64,000 bases of DNA from Phoronis australis. Taxonomy: Eukaryota > Animalia > Phoronida. Position 1 is the stretch's first letter. Every line of letters begins with the position of its first letter. The notes under the pieces were generated by a model that was not told where the DNA came from, did no database searches, and saw only the letters and a list, made by a program, of their open reading frames with translations. This document shows, one piece after another, positions 52,819 through 64,000 of the stretch. The translations under genes were made by a program, and so were the position numbers. Location of the stretch: positions 218,237-282,236 of the forward strand of contig NMRA01000223.1 in assembly GCA_002633005.1 (NCBI GenBank), written 5' to 3'.

Positions 52819-53776
52819 AGTGTACGCAACATGACTCTAGTACCTCAAAATAAATTTTATTATTATATCTTACTGGATTTCAGTGCCTTTAGTGTACAGC
52901 TCATAAAGAAACACGTAACACATGAAAAAAATAATAATTATGTACAACGTCATGGGTTGAACCCAAGTCGTTCGGCACACTGTTCGGATCAGCAACTAAG
53001 TGTATAGAGTGAAGTGAACGTAAAGTATATTTAGCGTCGAGAAGGTTCGTAGAGGGATGAAAAGATGTGTTTGCGGAGGCTGCAGCAACAGCAGTCAGAC
53101 GGAAAACGACTCGGTGTTCCAAAGGACGCCAAAGTTGCGCAGTAGTGCGCTTCGTGCGCTTAACGAGAGTGTGGGACCTCAGCGTGGACCAAGCGATTCT
53201 GTTCGGGGCCACTCTGTGTTCTGCCCACTTTGAGGAGTCGTGTTTCGACTCCAATCAGAGGAGATGTTACGATGAAGACCTGGTTCAATAAAGGACAATA
53301 TTTACTATTCAGAAACATCGGCTTTTATTCAGGATCGTCTGTTGGATGACTGGGTTGACTGGCCGAGCCCGAGGCCGCTTCTCTCGCGGGAGGATCCAGT
53401 TCGCAAGGCCTCAAAGTAGAAAAGTACGCAGCTGAAAACATATCAGACTCGTTCTAGCTTTCGTGCAACCCCATTTCGTCATCCTGGCCACCATTCTCGT
53501 ACGTTTCTTCATAGTATTTGTTCATTTCTTGTTCATAATCGTTGTCGATTTCAAATTCCCTACTCTACGCCGTTGTTCAATGCTAGTCGCTGATCTCTTG
53601 TGTTCAACCCATGATGTCACATGGCGGGAAATGTAAAAATTGGCAAAATTGAAAGAGACATCAAAATTCCGAGCTAATGACACAAAATAATAATAGATTT
53701 GTCTAAATTTTACGTCATACATTTAGTCTGTGGCCACCGGTAATTCGAAATGTGCAAAAATCCATGGTGTGTACTG
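52819..53776 (+). mobile_element. Kolobok-like element (TTAA-flanked) carrying a THAP relic
   Basis: TTAA|AGTGTACGCAACATG ... CATGGTGTGTACTG|TTAA imperfect TIR. Inserted in a region of GGCCCAGTA/TACTGG repeats (about 52680-52810 and 53790-53990). Confidence 0.5.
53057..53291 (+). pseudogene. THAP domain remnant
   Basis: MKRCVCGGCSNS...FPKD (frameshift) ...RFVRLTR..W...TLCSAHFEESCF. Confidence 0.75.
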
Positions 53777-54539
53777 TTAAAGACGCCAAAACGTGTTGGG
53801 AAGTGTTGGCCCAGTAACTGCCTAGTGCTGTACTAAAACATTAATGGCCCTGTATGGCAATCCTGTACAGGCCTAGTATCAAACGGGTGTGAACATTTTG
53901 GACCTTTACTAGCCTTCATTACTGGGCCAATGCGGACGATTGCACCACGCTACTATTAGGCCATTACCAGCTTGTTTACTGGACCGGGTATGCAATACCT
54001 TTCGGATTCGGGAAGTCGTGCATTAAATTGCACCGTTCGAACGCAGACATATTTTTGCTCGACTACAATAAAGGTACACATGGAATTAAAGCTATCGGGC
54101 TAAATTTAAGAGTATGACCGTACTCTGCAGACACCAGTGCCTCGTTCAGCAATTAGGTAACCTGCAGTTGGGGTGGTGCCTGACTCATAATGATTGTATT
54201 GAAGCTATTGTGAGGAATCTCTATTCTAAGTTGAGCGACGGGCAGTATCAAGCGGTTAGCCGCTAGAGATTCTTACCTCGATGACCTTTGTGCCAATCAT
54301 TATATGGTTAACTGTTATGTCTTAGTCTCTGGACAGGCTTGGAAGTTTTCTTTCGGCACCCTAGGCCGTGCTATGCACCACTTGAAAACCGGTAGCCCAG
54401 GGCATAAAACATAGATGAACGAGGTAGCAGCATCTGACCACTGGAGCACTTACAGTCCACCTCAATAAATACAAAAATGTACGTCTGCCGTTGTTTTCAC
54501 TCTGGGTGTGACCCCTAGCGACCTTACAAGGGGACCAAA

Positions 54540-55115
54540 ATCTGCAAGATTAGGTATTCGACGTACCTACAGAAACTGATTTGAAACGATCGATAGTACT
54601 GCACTGAACACCGAATGCACCCAGGAGTGGGTACGGCTAAACCAAAAACAACACCCAAAAATGCGCAACCTCCTATGTTCCATGTGCCACACAAAAGCAA
54701 TTTCATGTGATTCACTAAATGTCCCCATGACACACCCAATACAGTCTGGTTCGCCCCCCCCCCCAAAATGTGTACCACGGTATGACTTTGAAATTTTCAG
54801 CTTGATTAGATACTCGATTTACCACCTAAATCTATTTTAATACGAACAAGTGCTCCCCTGTGAACATCAAATGGCCCATGACAGACAATATAAACTCTGC
54901 AATAGGTCTGCGAGATACCCTAATGTGCCTCCAAAAGGAGCTAGCTCCTACATCTGAGGTACCACAAAAACAATTCCATGTCACTGATCAGTAAATGCCC
55001 CATGAGAGACAAAGTACACTGAAGTGTTGTGGCCGCCAAAATGACCAAATATGTCAATCACTGTATGCTATTTAAAATTAGCCAGCATGGCTAAATATTC
55101 GATGTACAGGTTAAC
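54540..55115. repeat. Diverged tandem repeat, unit about 260-290 bp
   Basis: Recurring GATTAGGTATTCGACGTAC / GATTAGATACTCGATTTAC / GCTAAATATTCGATGTAC at about 54548, 54804 and 55090, and TAAATG(T)CCCCATGA at about 54716 and 54992. Confidence 0.55.
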
Positions 55116-56804
55116 TTTAAACCAACAATCATGCCGCACTGAAGACTGAGCGATCGATCACAGAGGAACTGTCCTCTGAAAAGGGTCCGCCGGAGAATAA
55201 GAAATCGCTTCTAAAAAGAGACAGGTCATATATTTGAGATAACGCAATAAACAATTCCACATGATTCAAACAGAAGCTAGTGGTTAATAATGGCTTCTGA
55301 CAGACATTCTCAAACACGCAAATCTGAAGAAAGCGTGTGATATATTAATCAGATATTAGCTCGTTTTGTGCCCCCGTGTATGGGCCCCAGGCGTCGCACC
55401 TACAGTGCAGACAACAGCAGATGTCCATTTCTGTTTTCTTTCTTAGTTTTTTCTTAGATGTACTCTAAGTGCCTCTACGATCAGATGATGGTACTTCTTT
55501 CGTATGTGATATCTGATATTGGCTGGTGGTCTATTGTTCTTGATGTTGGTCATTCACCTTGTGGTATGACGTTGGTTTCGTTAAACAAATCAGTTATACA
55601 TTTCTGGCACGGGTATCCGACGTAAAATGTAACAATTAAGCAAATGAAACAATTATAAGAGGCCTAGCAACGTAAAATTTAACGATGACGTAATATATTT
55701 TACGAAGTTGTTACTTTTCCTTCGCATCGATGCTCATTTAGCCTAATTCCAACACAATGCACGCACTGCCTGTTTCTGACAGCTCTGTGGAACATGTATA
55801 GCACTAAAGTTCTGTTTGGGAAGACATGGACACCAAATGTATCAATTTCTTGCAGTATATTTATAGTGAGTTATTCAAAAACATGCAATTCATATCATTC
55901 TTAACAGGTGATTTACGCAAAAAAGTCGTTGGAGAAAGAAGATTTTTATCGGTTTATTCCACTGCATCGTCTGATCTATAAACACTAGCCTCTAGGTTGC
56001 ATTGGCACAGCGTTTTGTTCAGGCATCTCTGCGACCATTTAAGGTGATGTGGTGTTCTTGAAGTAATGAGCACACGTTCCAGTATATCATTTTTAGACAC
56101 ATGGGTTAAGTTATTCTCAACCTATACGTAAATTTGCCGTATAACCCAGCAACCAGGAGCATGTGGCTTAGTGCGTTTTCTCGCAAGATGTGTCCTTCAT
56201 ATAGGAGCACGCGCGTAAGTTCCAGAATTAGGCGCTGGCAGTGATCTAGTTGTAGGCGCACCTTGAATGACTTAAAACCTACGCTGAGTGCATTTTATTT
56301 CACATAGAGTTTAGCGTTAATTTCACTCTGTGTGAGTACTCAAACAGTCAATTATTCTAAAAATACACAGTTTAAAAGAAGTAACTCACCAACTTGGCTT
56401 TTTTCAAGGATCAATTACGTATAGGCACTTTGCTGATGTCATTTAAAATACACCTAACTGCTGCAGCGTTTTAACTGTAATGGAATCACTTGATTATTCA
56501 TCTTCCTTTCTTACTTTAGTAATCGTGGCATTGGCTTTCGCGTCAGTAAAATTTTTATTTTCTTGTCAAGACTAAAACGCAATACAGGTTCTTCATTATG
56601 TACACGCAAGGCATTCATTAGAAAGAATGTGTTTTATAACCCACATGGAAACCAGCAATATATATGTTGAAGGTGCGCCTAATTCAGCAGCATCACATTA
56701 AACGCAAGTTCTAACCAAATGTTCAGCAATCAAGCGCGGTTCTGCCGTTGAGGACATGCTCTTCATTGCGGAGCTGCTTGTTAAAAAATCGCCAACAAAT
56801 TAAT

Positions 56805-56960
56805 AGATGACTCGGTGACTTTGTAGTTATAGTGCTATTGAAAATCCGACGGTAATGGGTTCAAGCATCACCGTACACCAGGAATTGCAATCTAGGTGTC
56901 CGAGAGTGGTGAAACAGATGTCCGCGCTCGTTCTTCCGAGAATGTTCTGAACCTGAAGAC
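56805..56960 (+). repeat. tRNA-derived SINE-like fragment
   Basis: Degenerate tRNA-like head with B-box GGGTTCAAGC, ending ...CACCA. A similar segment lies on the minus strand at about 31295-31395. Confidence 0.35.
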
Positions 56961-57094
56961 AGATATACCGTGCCAATACACAAAAGAAAAGTGTTTAAAC
57001 TAACAATTTAAAAGTATTATGCAACTAATGTCATTTTCCCACTAAGTTTGGCGTGGAGAAGTGCGATTATCATCTGATACCTTCAATGCTTTAG

Positions 57095-57418
57095 TTGTGG
57101 ACGTAACGTGTCTGAAAGACCAACGCGGCCTAACCTACAGAGGTAGTCTAACAGTTTCTGCAGAGTTCCAACAACCGTGCAAGCAGTGGTCAGATATGAT
57201 TGCAGAAGTCAGGAAATTACCTAGCTTCGAAATCTGGGAAAAATACTTTCAAAACTGGATGAAAGGCTTCGATAAAATGAATCCAGAGGATCAAAATTCC
57301 ACATACTGCAGAAACATCGATAACGACCAAAAAGGACCATGGTGCTTCGCACAAATCAAAAAAGGTTACATTGGCCAGTACAAGAAGCACTGTTACATTC
57401 CTATATGTCCCAGTGAAG
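57095..57418 (+). CDS. Host gene exon: kringle domain
   Basis: 324-nt phase 1-1 exon (TTTAG| ... GAAG|GTAATG), no stops. C....G..YRG, CKQW, YCRN.DND.KGPWCF, C.IP.C give the six-Cys kringle pattern. Confidence 0.93.
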
Positions 57419-57869
57419 GTAATGCTCACAACAACCAGATTCGAGTTACGTAGACAATAGAACTGTTGGAATTTGGCTGAATCTTGGTCACAATCTCTCT
57501 AAATGAAACTGTTATTATCTATTGTTCGTTGTATAAAGTTAATCATATGTTGCAGTTGGCACATTCTACGCAGGAAAGGGTGAGCTAAGCGCAGTAGGAC
57601 ATGCTTTTTACATGTACAGTCATTCGTTGTTTAAAAACGCTTTAATATTTTACATGTACCACTGTTGGTTAAAAAAACCTTTATCACACCTTTAAGATGC
57701 GTTTGTGCTGTTTCTGTAACGGCTGTGAAAGGCATTTTCAATTTTTCAGTGAGAGGATCTACAACAAGCGGTGAGTATAGACTCGGGTTATCGATGCCCC
57801 AGGCTGTAAAAGAAGAGGTGATTTTGAAACCATAGTTGTGACATTTTTCAAGTTAATGGCACAATAAGA

Positions 57870-59010
57870 GACCTTGTAAAACGGCTTGGTATAAAATCGT
57901 CTAAATACTGATTGAAAATCCGTGATGCTCCTGTTTGATTCTTTAGCCATTTTCCTAAAAGCAACCAACTTGAGACCATCTGAAAACGTGTCTTCGGAGT
58001 TAACATTAGTATTACTATGGTGGAAAAATTAAGGTGGTCACTTTTAAGTCGACCCAGCGTGATTTAAAAGATTAAGAGGTTCTAGAGGATGGTGTATTGA
58101 CTGGGACACGGCGGAGGTGATCAGCAAGTTCAGCTCTTGAAGATGCAGAACATATTGATGAAAAACATGTGTTAGCAGGCTATCGTTAGGAAATTCAGCA
58201 TTCAGGCTGTACAGATGAGCCAGAGAAAACGAGAATAAAAAGGAGTGCGGGTGAGTCTTCAAAAAAGCAATGCGTCGAGCCATATCTGTGCATTTTGGCA
58301 GTAGGGTACCTGGACAAGATGGAACCAAAAAGTACCTGAAATGAGCATGACATGGCCATAGTTTTGACACATGTAGCCAATTTGCGTGACATTTCTGTCG
58401 AAACAGGTTGATGATGTTTATCAGTGACGTCATAACAGTGGGGAATTACCAATTCTTAAAGTGCCGCCTGCGGTATTCAGTGGGAACGTTTCACTTTCCC
58501 ATATGTTTTTGGGATGTAAGGTTAGTCTGGAGGCATGCTCACGTGTTTAGATACTTGGCAGATGTCTTAGACCGAGAGATGAAGAAAATTTTGGCCCAAC
58601 CGAAGCAATCAAGATCTGTATGCATGAGAAATCGGGTGCGAGATGTAGTTCTATCCAGAAACAGACAATTGGATTTTCTTGCGTGGGGATAACAGATTTC
58701 AGTCCAAATATTGTCATGTGGTCTGCGAGCCAAATATCCATTACAGTTAACGAACTGGCAATAAAATGGGAGACGACTGGAAAAATACATGCAGAAGGAA
58801 CGTAGCTAATTACACTGAAATTACTGAATACTTTAGATGCCCGGACAGGCCAAAATGATTTCCCAGTAGAAACTGTGTATAGGCATTCTCCTTCACCGTT
58901 TGTGTATACTCCTGGATCTTAGCATCCGTGAGAACAAATGGAAGACAGCTATTCGTAGGTTGCGCGAGGAAGAAGAGAAAACATAGTTTTGACTGTGACA
59001 TAGAAATACA
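57870..59010 (+). pseudogene. Hero-type (RLE-bearing) non-LTR retrotransposon 3' relic
   Basis: Across frameshifts: Q*GTWTRW, degenerate CCHC knuckle followed by WRHAHV.RYLA..L, RLE motif PNIVMWS......ELAIKWE (cf. PDIV.WS...ELTVPWE), FPVE...R, AIRRL..E.E. Confidence 0.7.
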
Positions 59011-60364
59011 GAACCGCCCGTGTTTCGATACCCTGTGATTGTTAATCACTTAGCCCAATCGCGGAGCTAGTTAAGGGTTCATGGGTATTCATCTGGCGAT
59101 GTTGACATGATCAAGGAAGCAACGTCAAATACGAACAACTGCCAATATTTCCCACGAAAGAGGAACAAACCATAGGACTGGCAATGTAGTATGTAGATGT
59201 GGAGGAATCATTTGACTTATTGATGTCCTGCAGTTTTCTCTCCAAGTTAATTACGTCAATAAAGGGTCCTCTGTCAACGAGTATTCGCAGGTGCTTCCAG
59301 CACTTCGCCAAAGTATTCCTGTGTGCATGAGCCCAAACCGGTAAACAGCTTTTAAAGTTAAACTTGCGGTTTCACGTCGTGTAAACTTCCACACTTTTGT
59401 AAATGTTTATTACATAATCTTCAGAATACAAGGAATATAAATAACCCAGAAAGCGCCAAGAGGCATCAGATCTTGGTTAAAAAATACGAAGTAGTCTATA
59501 TCAAACACGAATAGATAAATTAAAAAAAACTGATATTAAGATTTCAATGATATCAGATAACGAATGTAAATAATTAATTTTCATACACATGTACATGCAT
59601 ACAAATCTAGCCACTCACACAATGATATTTATTGTTATAAAGAAATTCTGATGCTAAACCTCCACACTGTTTCAAATTTTCCGCATATCTGCAAAGGTCG
59701 GCACGAGAAGTTATTTGCAACAGATGTCTACAGTGTCCACATGGCAGACTCTAAAGTTTTTCCCAGTTATTTTTAGTCAGACAATGCTCCTACGCCGACA
59801 CCCAGGAATCGCTGATAAAGGTCTTAGCATATGTGCAACATTTCTGTTTCTACGTCAAAGAATAATATTTGATTCCAAGGATATTTCGTTTGTTTTTAAA
59901 CTGCATTTTGCCAAATCAGCTGACTAAAAGAAACGCCCACATATGCCTTTTACTTGATAATATCGATCTCATGATACGCCTTATTGTCATTGAACTTTTG
60001 ACTGTGATTACGGTAATGCGTGCGAAAAAGCTGGGATTCGGAACGGAGATTTATTAGGACTGATGTCGAACATAAGTTGAAACGGAAGCGATGAAATTGT
60101 ACTAGTGATTCGGGATTTTGAATTTCACTTTGGGTATCGAGATTTTTTTTAAATGGTCAGGAATCGGGAATTGCTGATCACGACCCACAATTAACTTTCC
60201 GGTCGTTTCACCAAATAAATCGCGCAACAGAATTACATGTTGATGGTCCACCAGATGGTAAAAAGATAGCATAATATGGGAAGGCTTGCAAGAAAAAGTA
60301 ACATTTTCCCTGACTTTTTACTGAGAATACGATTCGTTGATTATCCAAGATATGTTTTAACTTA

Positions 60365-63300
60365 CAGCACACATCACGAATTTTTGGCCGACCGGTCGGA
60401 AATTGGTCGACGACCGGCCGTCGACCGGTCGTCTAGCCGACCGGCAGCTGCCCAACAACGGTCGGCTAGGAGCCGTCTGCTGAGTCGCCTCTGTGGTCAG
60501 CACTTGGGTCGCCTAGCGTAGACGACCAATTCGGATTAAGCGTGTCCTTGGTCGGCAATTACCATTTTATGACTTAGCGGGTGAACTTTGGCCAAACAAA
60601 CATTGAACAGTTCGCTGTTCGTTCAGCAGCGGCAACTCCGGTCTTGACATCGGTTTATCAACTTATGTTCAACTACTGAAAGGTGTTAAAATCGACTCAA
60701 CCTACAAATATGTGACATTACACCAACGTAAATTTTATGTTGAATTACTGACGGCGTGATAAAATCAAACGTTAAGTAATGCTGCGGAAGCATAATTTCT
60801 ATCTCTTAGTATGATACTTTTTATACAGTATATTATGCATAAAAACAAGAAAGAAATTTGAAATTTTACAGTAAAATTGCCAAATTTCAGAATACAACGC
60901 TGGCTGTTTTACGACCTCAAGTGTTATCATGCCGCGGAATGCTTAACAAGCAGCACTTATTCGCGCTCATCTGTTATTGCTCTTGATCATCACTTCATCA
61001 CGCTGTATAATGCGCTTTACCACAGATAAATTTGTTTATTTTTGTATAATTTCTTAATGTGTTAGTACAGCATTAGAACAAAAGTTTATTTTAAGAACAA
61101 CATAAACAATGGTTTTAACATAGCGCTGACTCGGAGATTAAGATCATGGGCGCATGAAAACGGAAGAATGCGATCGCTTATATTTTCATCCATGATCCAT
61201 CATTATTCTGAATTTGTTGTCACTTTCGGAGTAAAAAATTGTTTCGAAGCTCGAACCTTCCTATCTAGCCAGCTAGCTCTAAGAAGACTATAGTCAAAAT
61301 ACAACAAGATGCCACTGTGTAGTGAGCACTGACATACATCGAAATTGCACACAGCCCGAATAGTTACGCTCATCACCTCGTCGTGAAGCTTGCATCAACA
61401 TGAGCTAATAACCGGCGGGGTTGCATGCAAAATCAATTAACATTCACCTTGCCCGTTACTGCCGTTTAAGCGAAAAATATCCGACGTCATTTTCGTGCGT
61501 AATTCTCTGCATTGGTAACGAAGAATGTAAGTCGTCGTTTTGAAAGTAGTACATTCGTGACACGCGCCACTTTCAGAAATTTTTCGACATCTCCCATTAG
61601 ATGATGACAACATCGCAGCAAAATTTGTTCTAAAATTCGGTTTACAGATATCAAATTCCATAAACACATAATGAAAGGAAACCAATTCTGATCATTTGTT
61701 TAAAGTTTAGTTAAATTTATGAGTTTATTCAATTGTCTTTATGTAGTAAGGATTGCGTAAATAGTTGTACATATTCAGGGCAAATAAAAGTTATATTTAT
61801 TGACATGTCATTATAAACTTCTTCTGTTGGGAGTTTCTTCATCACAAAAGCGGTCTTCGAATGTAGAATCTGGAGTATGGTATGTAGTGTTTGTCCTATC
61901 ATTTTAGTTCAGGTTATTTCCGAATATTATCTACACGATTGTTTGTTTTCAAAGCAGGGGGAGAGTTGTGATCAGATATAAATGTGAATGGCTTATTGTT
62001 CGCGTACGTGCTATTCGCAGTTATAACGTATAATTCAACCGATATTACAATATACGTATGCCTAAGAACGTGCTCCGAGTCAGTGACCCTGTAATCAGTT
62101 TGCCGTAAACTTTGTTTATCTAAATTTTGAAGACGTGCGTTGTACTTGGCCTAATGTTTATTAATGTAGGGTCCTGACAACACACGGCTCTGAAAGTTTT
62201 GAAAACGCATCTATTTCTTTACGCAGGTGCGTTTTCTGCCCACGCGTACATTTGATGTAAGAAATGGGCACCGACACTCTGAACTGAATGAATCAACTAA
62301 ACATATTAATTTTTGAAAACGCCCTCAAAAGTGGACTTTTTTCAAACACCGTGTTGGGCGTATTCGTCAGTGTAGAAAAGCGAAATGAACAGATTTGTAC
62401 ACTCTGCTCAAAGCACTTTTGTGGACATCCGGAAACGCCAACGTCGCTGTCTTTTAACGCGGTATGTGCTTGGCATTTCTTATGAAGCGCTCTCATACTG
62501 GAATTTTTTTAATTGAGCGCAGTTTCAAAAAGTTGTTGTAGGTCTTCTTACAGCCGAGCACAGAAGAGTTATTCTGCACCTTGGTTTATTTTCTATCATT
62601 TTTTCGACATCGCAATCGCTTTAAAAAAATTAACGCACATATGCCTTGTTGAGACAAATACCTTTTCACCACGTATTCACATCTTCCCGTTCAGAATTGT
62701 TTTATTATACATAATTTGTCAATATGTTGTTGACAGAAAATATTTATTTTTGGAACAACGTGAACGAAGAACTGATACATGTAACTAGCGCTGATTTTAA
62801 CGTCACCGATGCCCTAAAAACGGAATGCGCAAAGCTAGAATTGGTTGTAGCCTCAACAGTGGCTATTCCGTGTTTGATGTCACTGTCCAAGTTCGTGGAA
62901 ATCGTAACCCTATGATGAAGTTAGAGTCATCGAAGTCCGTGGGCTTAGGGCATTCTGGACCGTGAAGTTTGCTTCTGTACGGCAAGGGTTAATCATATGA
63001 AAATAAAAACCCCGGAGTGAGAGCTCTTCGCGGTGTAACAACTCAATCACTATCCCATCATCATGGGCACGTGATAGGAGTACCGTGGAGAATTTTAAAA
63101 ACGCAAAAAGATGCAGTACTGCGTATCACAAACAAAAAACAATTGTGGGCGAAGAGTGTCAAAAATAGCTGCGTTTACAAAATGACTACAGAGTTGTATT
63201 GACCAGGAAGCAGCCAATCTAATGCAGCTTGTTAACGTCACGATTGAAATTAAAGGTCAAATGTAAAGAAAACATTCACGTCTTTTAACCAAAACTTGTA

Positions 63301-63700
63301 GCACTGTCCATAATTCAATAATATTACCGCTGGCCTTCAACCTTCGAATTATTGGTGTTACACAACCGATGTAAACTCATGCAACGGAGACATTGGAACT
63401 AGGTTAATTTATTTGACCCCGTGCTAAGACGAATATGCATCGACACGCAAAGTGGTATCAGCCTGACAACCTATTACGCAACTGCTACTGTAGCCTAAAA
63501 ATAGCAACTGGTCGGCTGATGGCTGGTCGGCTGAAGGGTCGGCTGAAGGGTCGGCTGGGGAGTCGCCTTATGAGTCGGCACTGCGGGCGGCTGCCGGTCG
63601 GCTAATTTTTAGCCGACCGGTCGGCAAATTTGCCGACCGGTCGACGGCCGGCCATCGACCAATTTCCGACCGGTCGGCCAAAAATTCGTGATGTGTGCTG
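60365..63700 (-). mobile_element. 'CAGCACAC' family, copy D (3.3 kb), inverted relative to copy A
   Basis: TA|CAGCACACATCACGAATTTTTGGCCGACCGGTCGG ... CCGACCGGTCGGCCAAAAATTCGTGATGTGTGCTG|TA. Near-perfect TIR of about 45 bp and TA TSD. Confidence 0.93.
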
Positions 63701-64000
63701 TACTTAGGTCTTCCTATAATTTATATAACTATGTATGCAGGAAGTGGTTTTGGGTTTTAAACTTTCCGCCATTTTGTTGTTTCTGCTTTCGAGTTTACTG
63801 TGAGTATCTGTACTACTGTTGTCTTCATTCTGGTTTTATAAAATTGTCGTCATCACTGCCCATCGACAAGCTATATTCTTAAAGATTTTATTGACGACTA
63901 ATATTAATACGAATTATGAATATCATTCTAGGTCGTTTGGAGAAGAAAATTGATTTTGTAGAAGTCTATTAGTTTTTTCACCGATTGAAAGTTGATCCAG

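Noticed and set aside
56805-56880. Functional tRNA gene
   Set aside because: Only a B-box-like motif is clear; stems and anticodon arm do not pair convincingly.
46776-57418. KREMEN orthologue
   Set aside because: Domain order is WSC before kringle, WSC is tandem, and no CUB or TM exon is seen, so no gene symbol is assigned.
58044-59311. Cluster of minus-strand ORFs suggesting a gene or DDE transposase
   Set aside because: Mostly antisense to the Hero-type relic, whose motifs are on the + strand.
62513-62788. ORF similar to the ORF at 15586-15855, suggesting a conserved gene
   Set aside because: The similarity is explained by both lying in copies of the same repeat. Frames differ at the ends and there is no recognisable domain.

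Overview
AT-rich metazoan genomic DNA, most likely from a marine invertebrate (an inference from repeat and domain content; the species cannot be named from sequence alone). There are no prokaryotic features. Most of the window is nested, decayed transposable elements lying in or near the introns of a + strand host gene. Three host exons are clear and splice in frame: a half WSC domain (40553-40721), a complete WSC domain (46776-47063) and a kringle domain (57095-57418). DNA transposons: an EnSpm/CMC-like element with AAACTTAAGTTT arrays (2022-6923), a Sola3 element with a DDD transposase pseudogene (9075-13804), two PIF/Harbinger elements each with transposase and Myb-type genes (20815-23183; about 32700-35865), THAP remnants (one in a TTAA-flanked Kolobok-like unit), several MITEs, and three to four copies of a 3-4 kb non-coding TA-flanked TIR family (CAGCACACATCACG...). 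Non-LTR retroelement remnants: Tx1/L1, RTEX-like, CR1/L2-like and a Hero-type RLE element. The most unusual signal is strong over-representation of the palindrome TACATGTA. At one site, comparison of repeat copies shows a TA-to-TACATGTA change, as expected for an excision footprint of a CA...TG-ended, TA-targeting transposon. All alignments and counts were done by eye.
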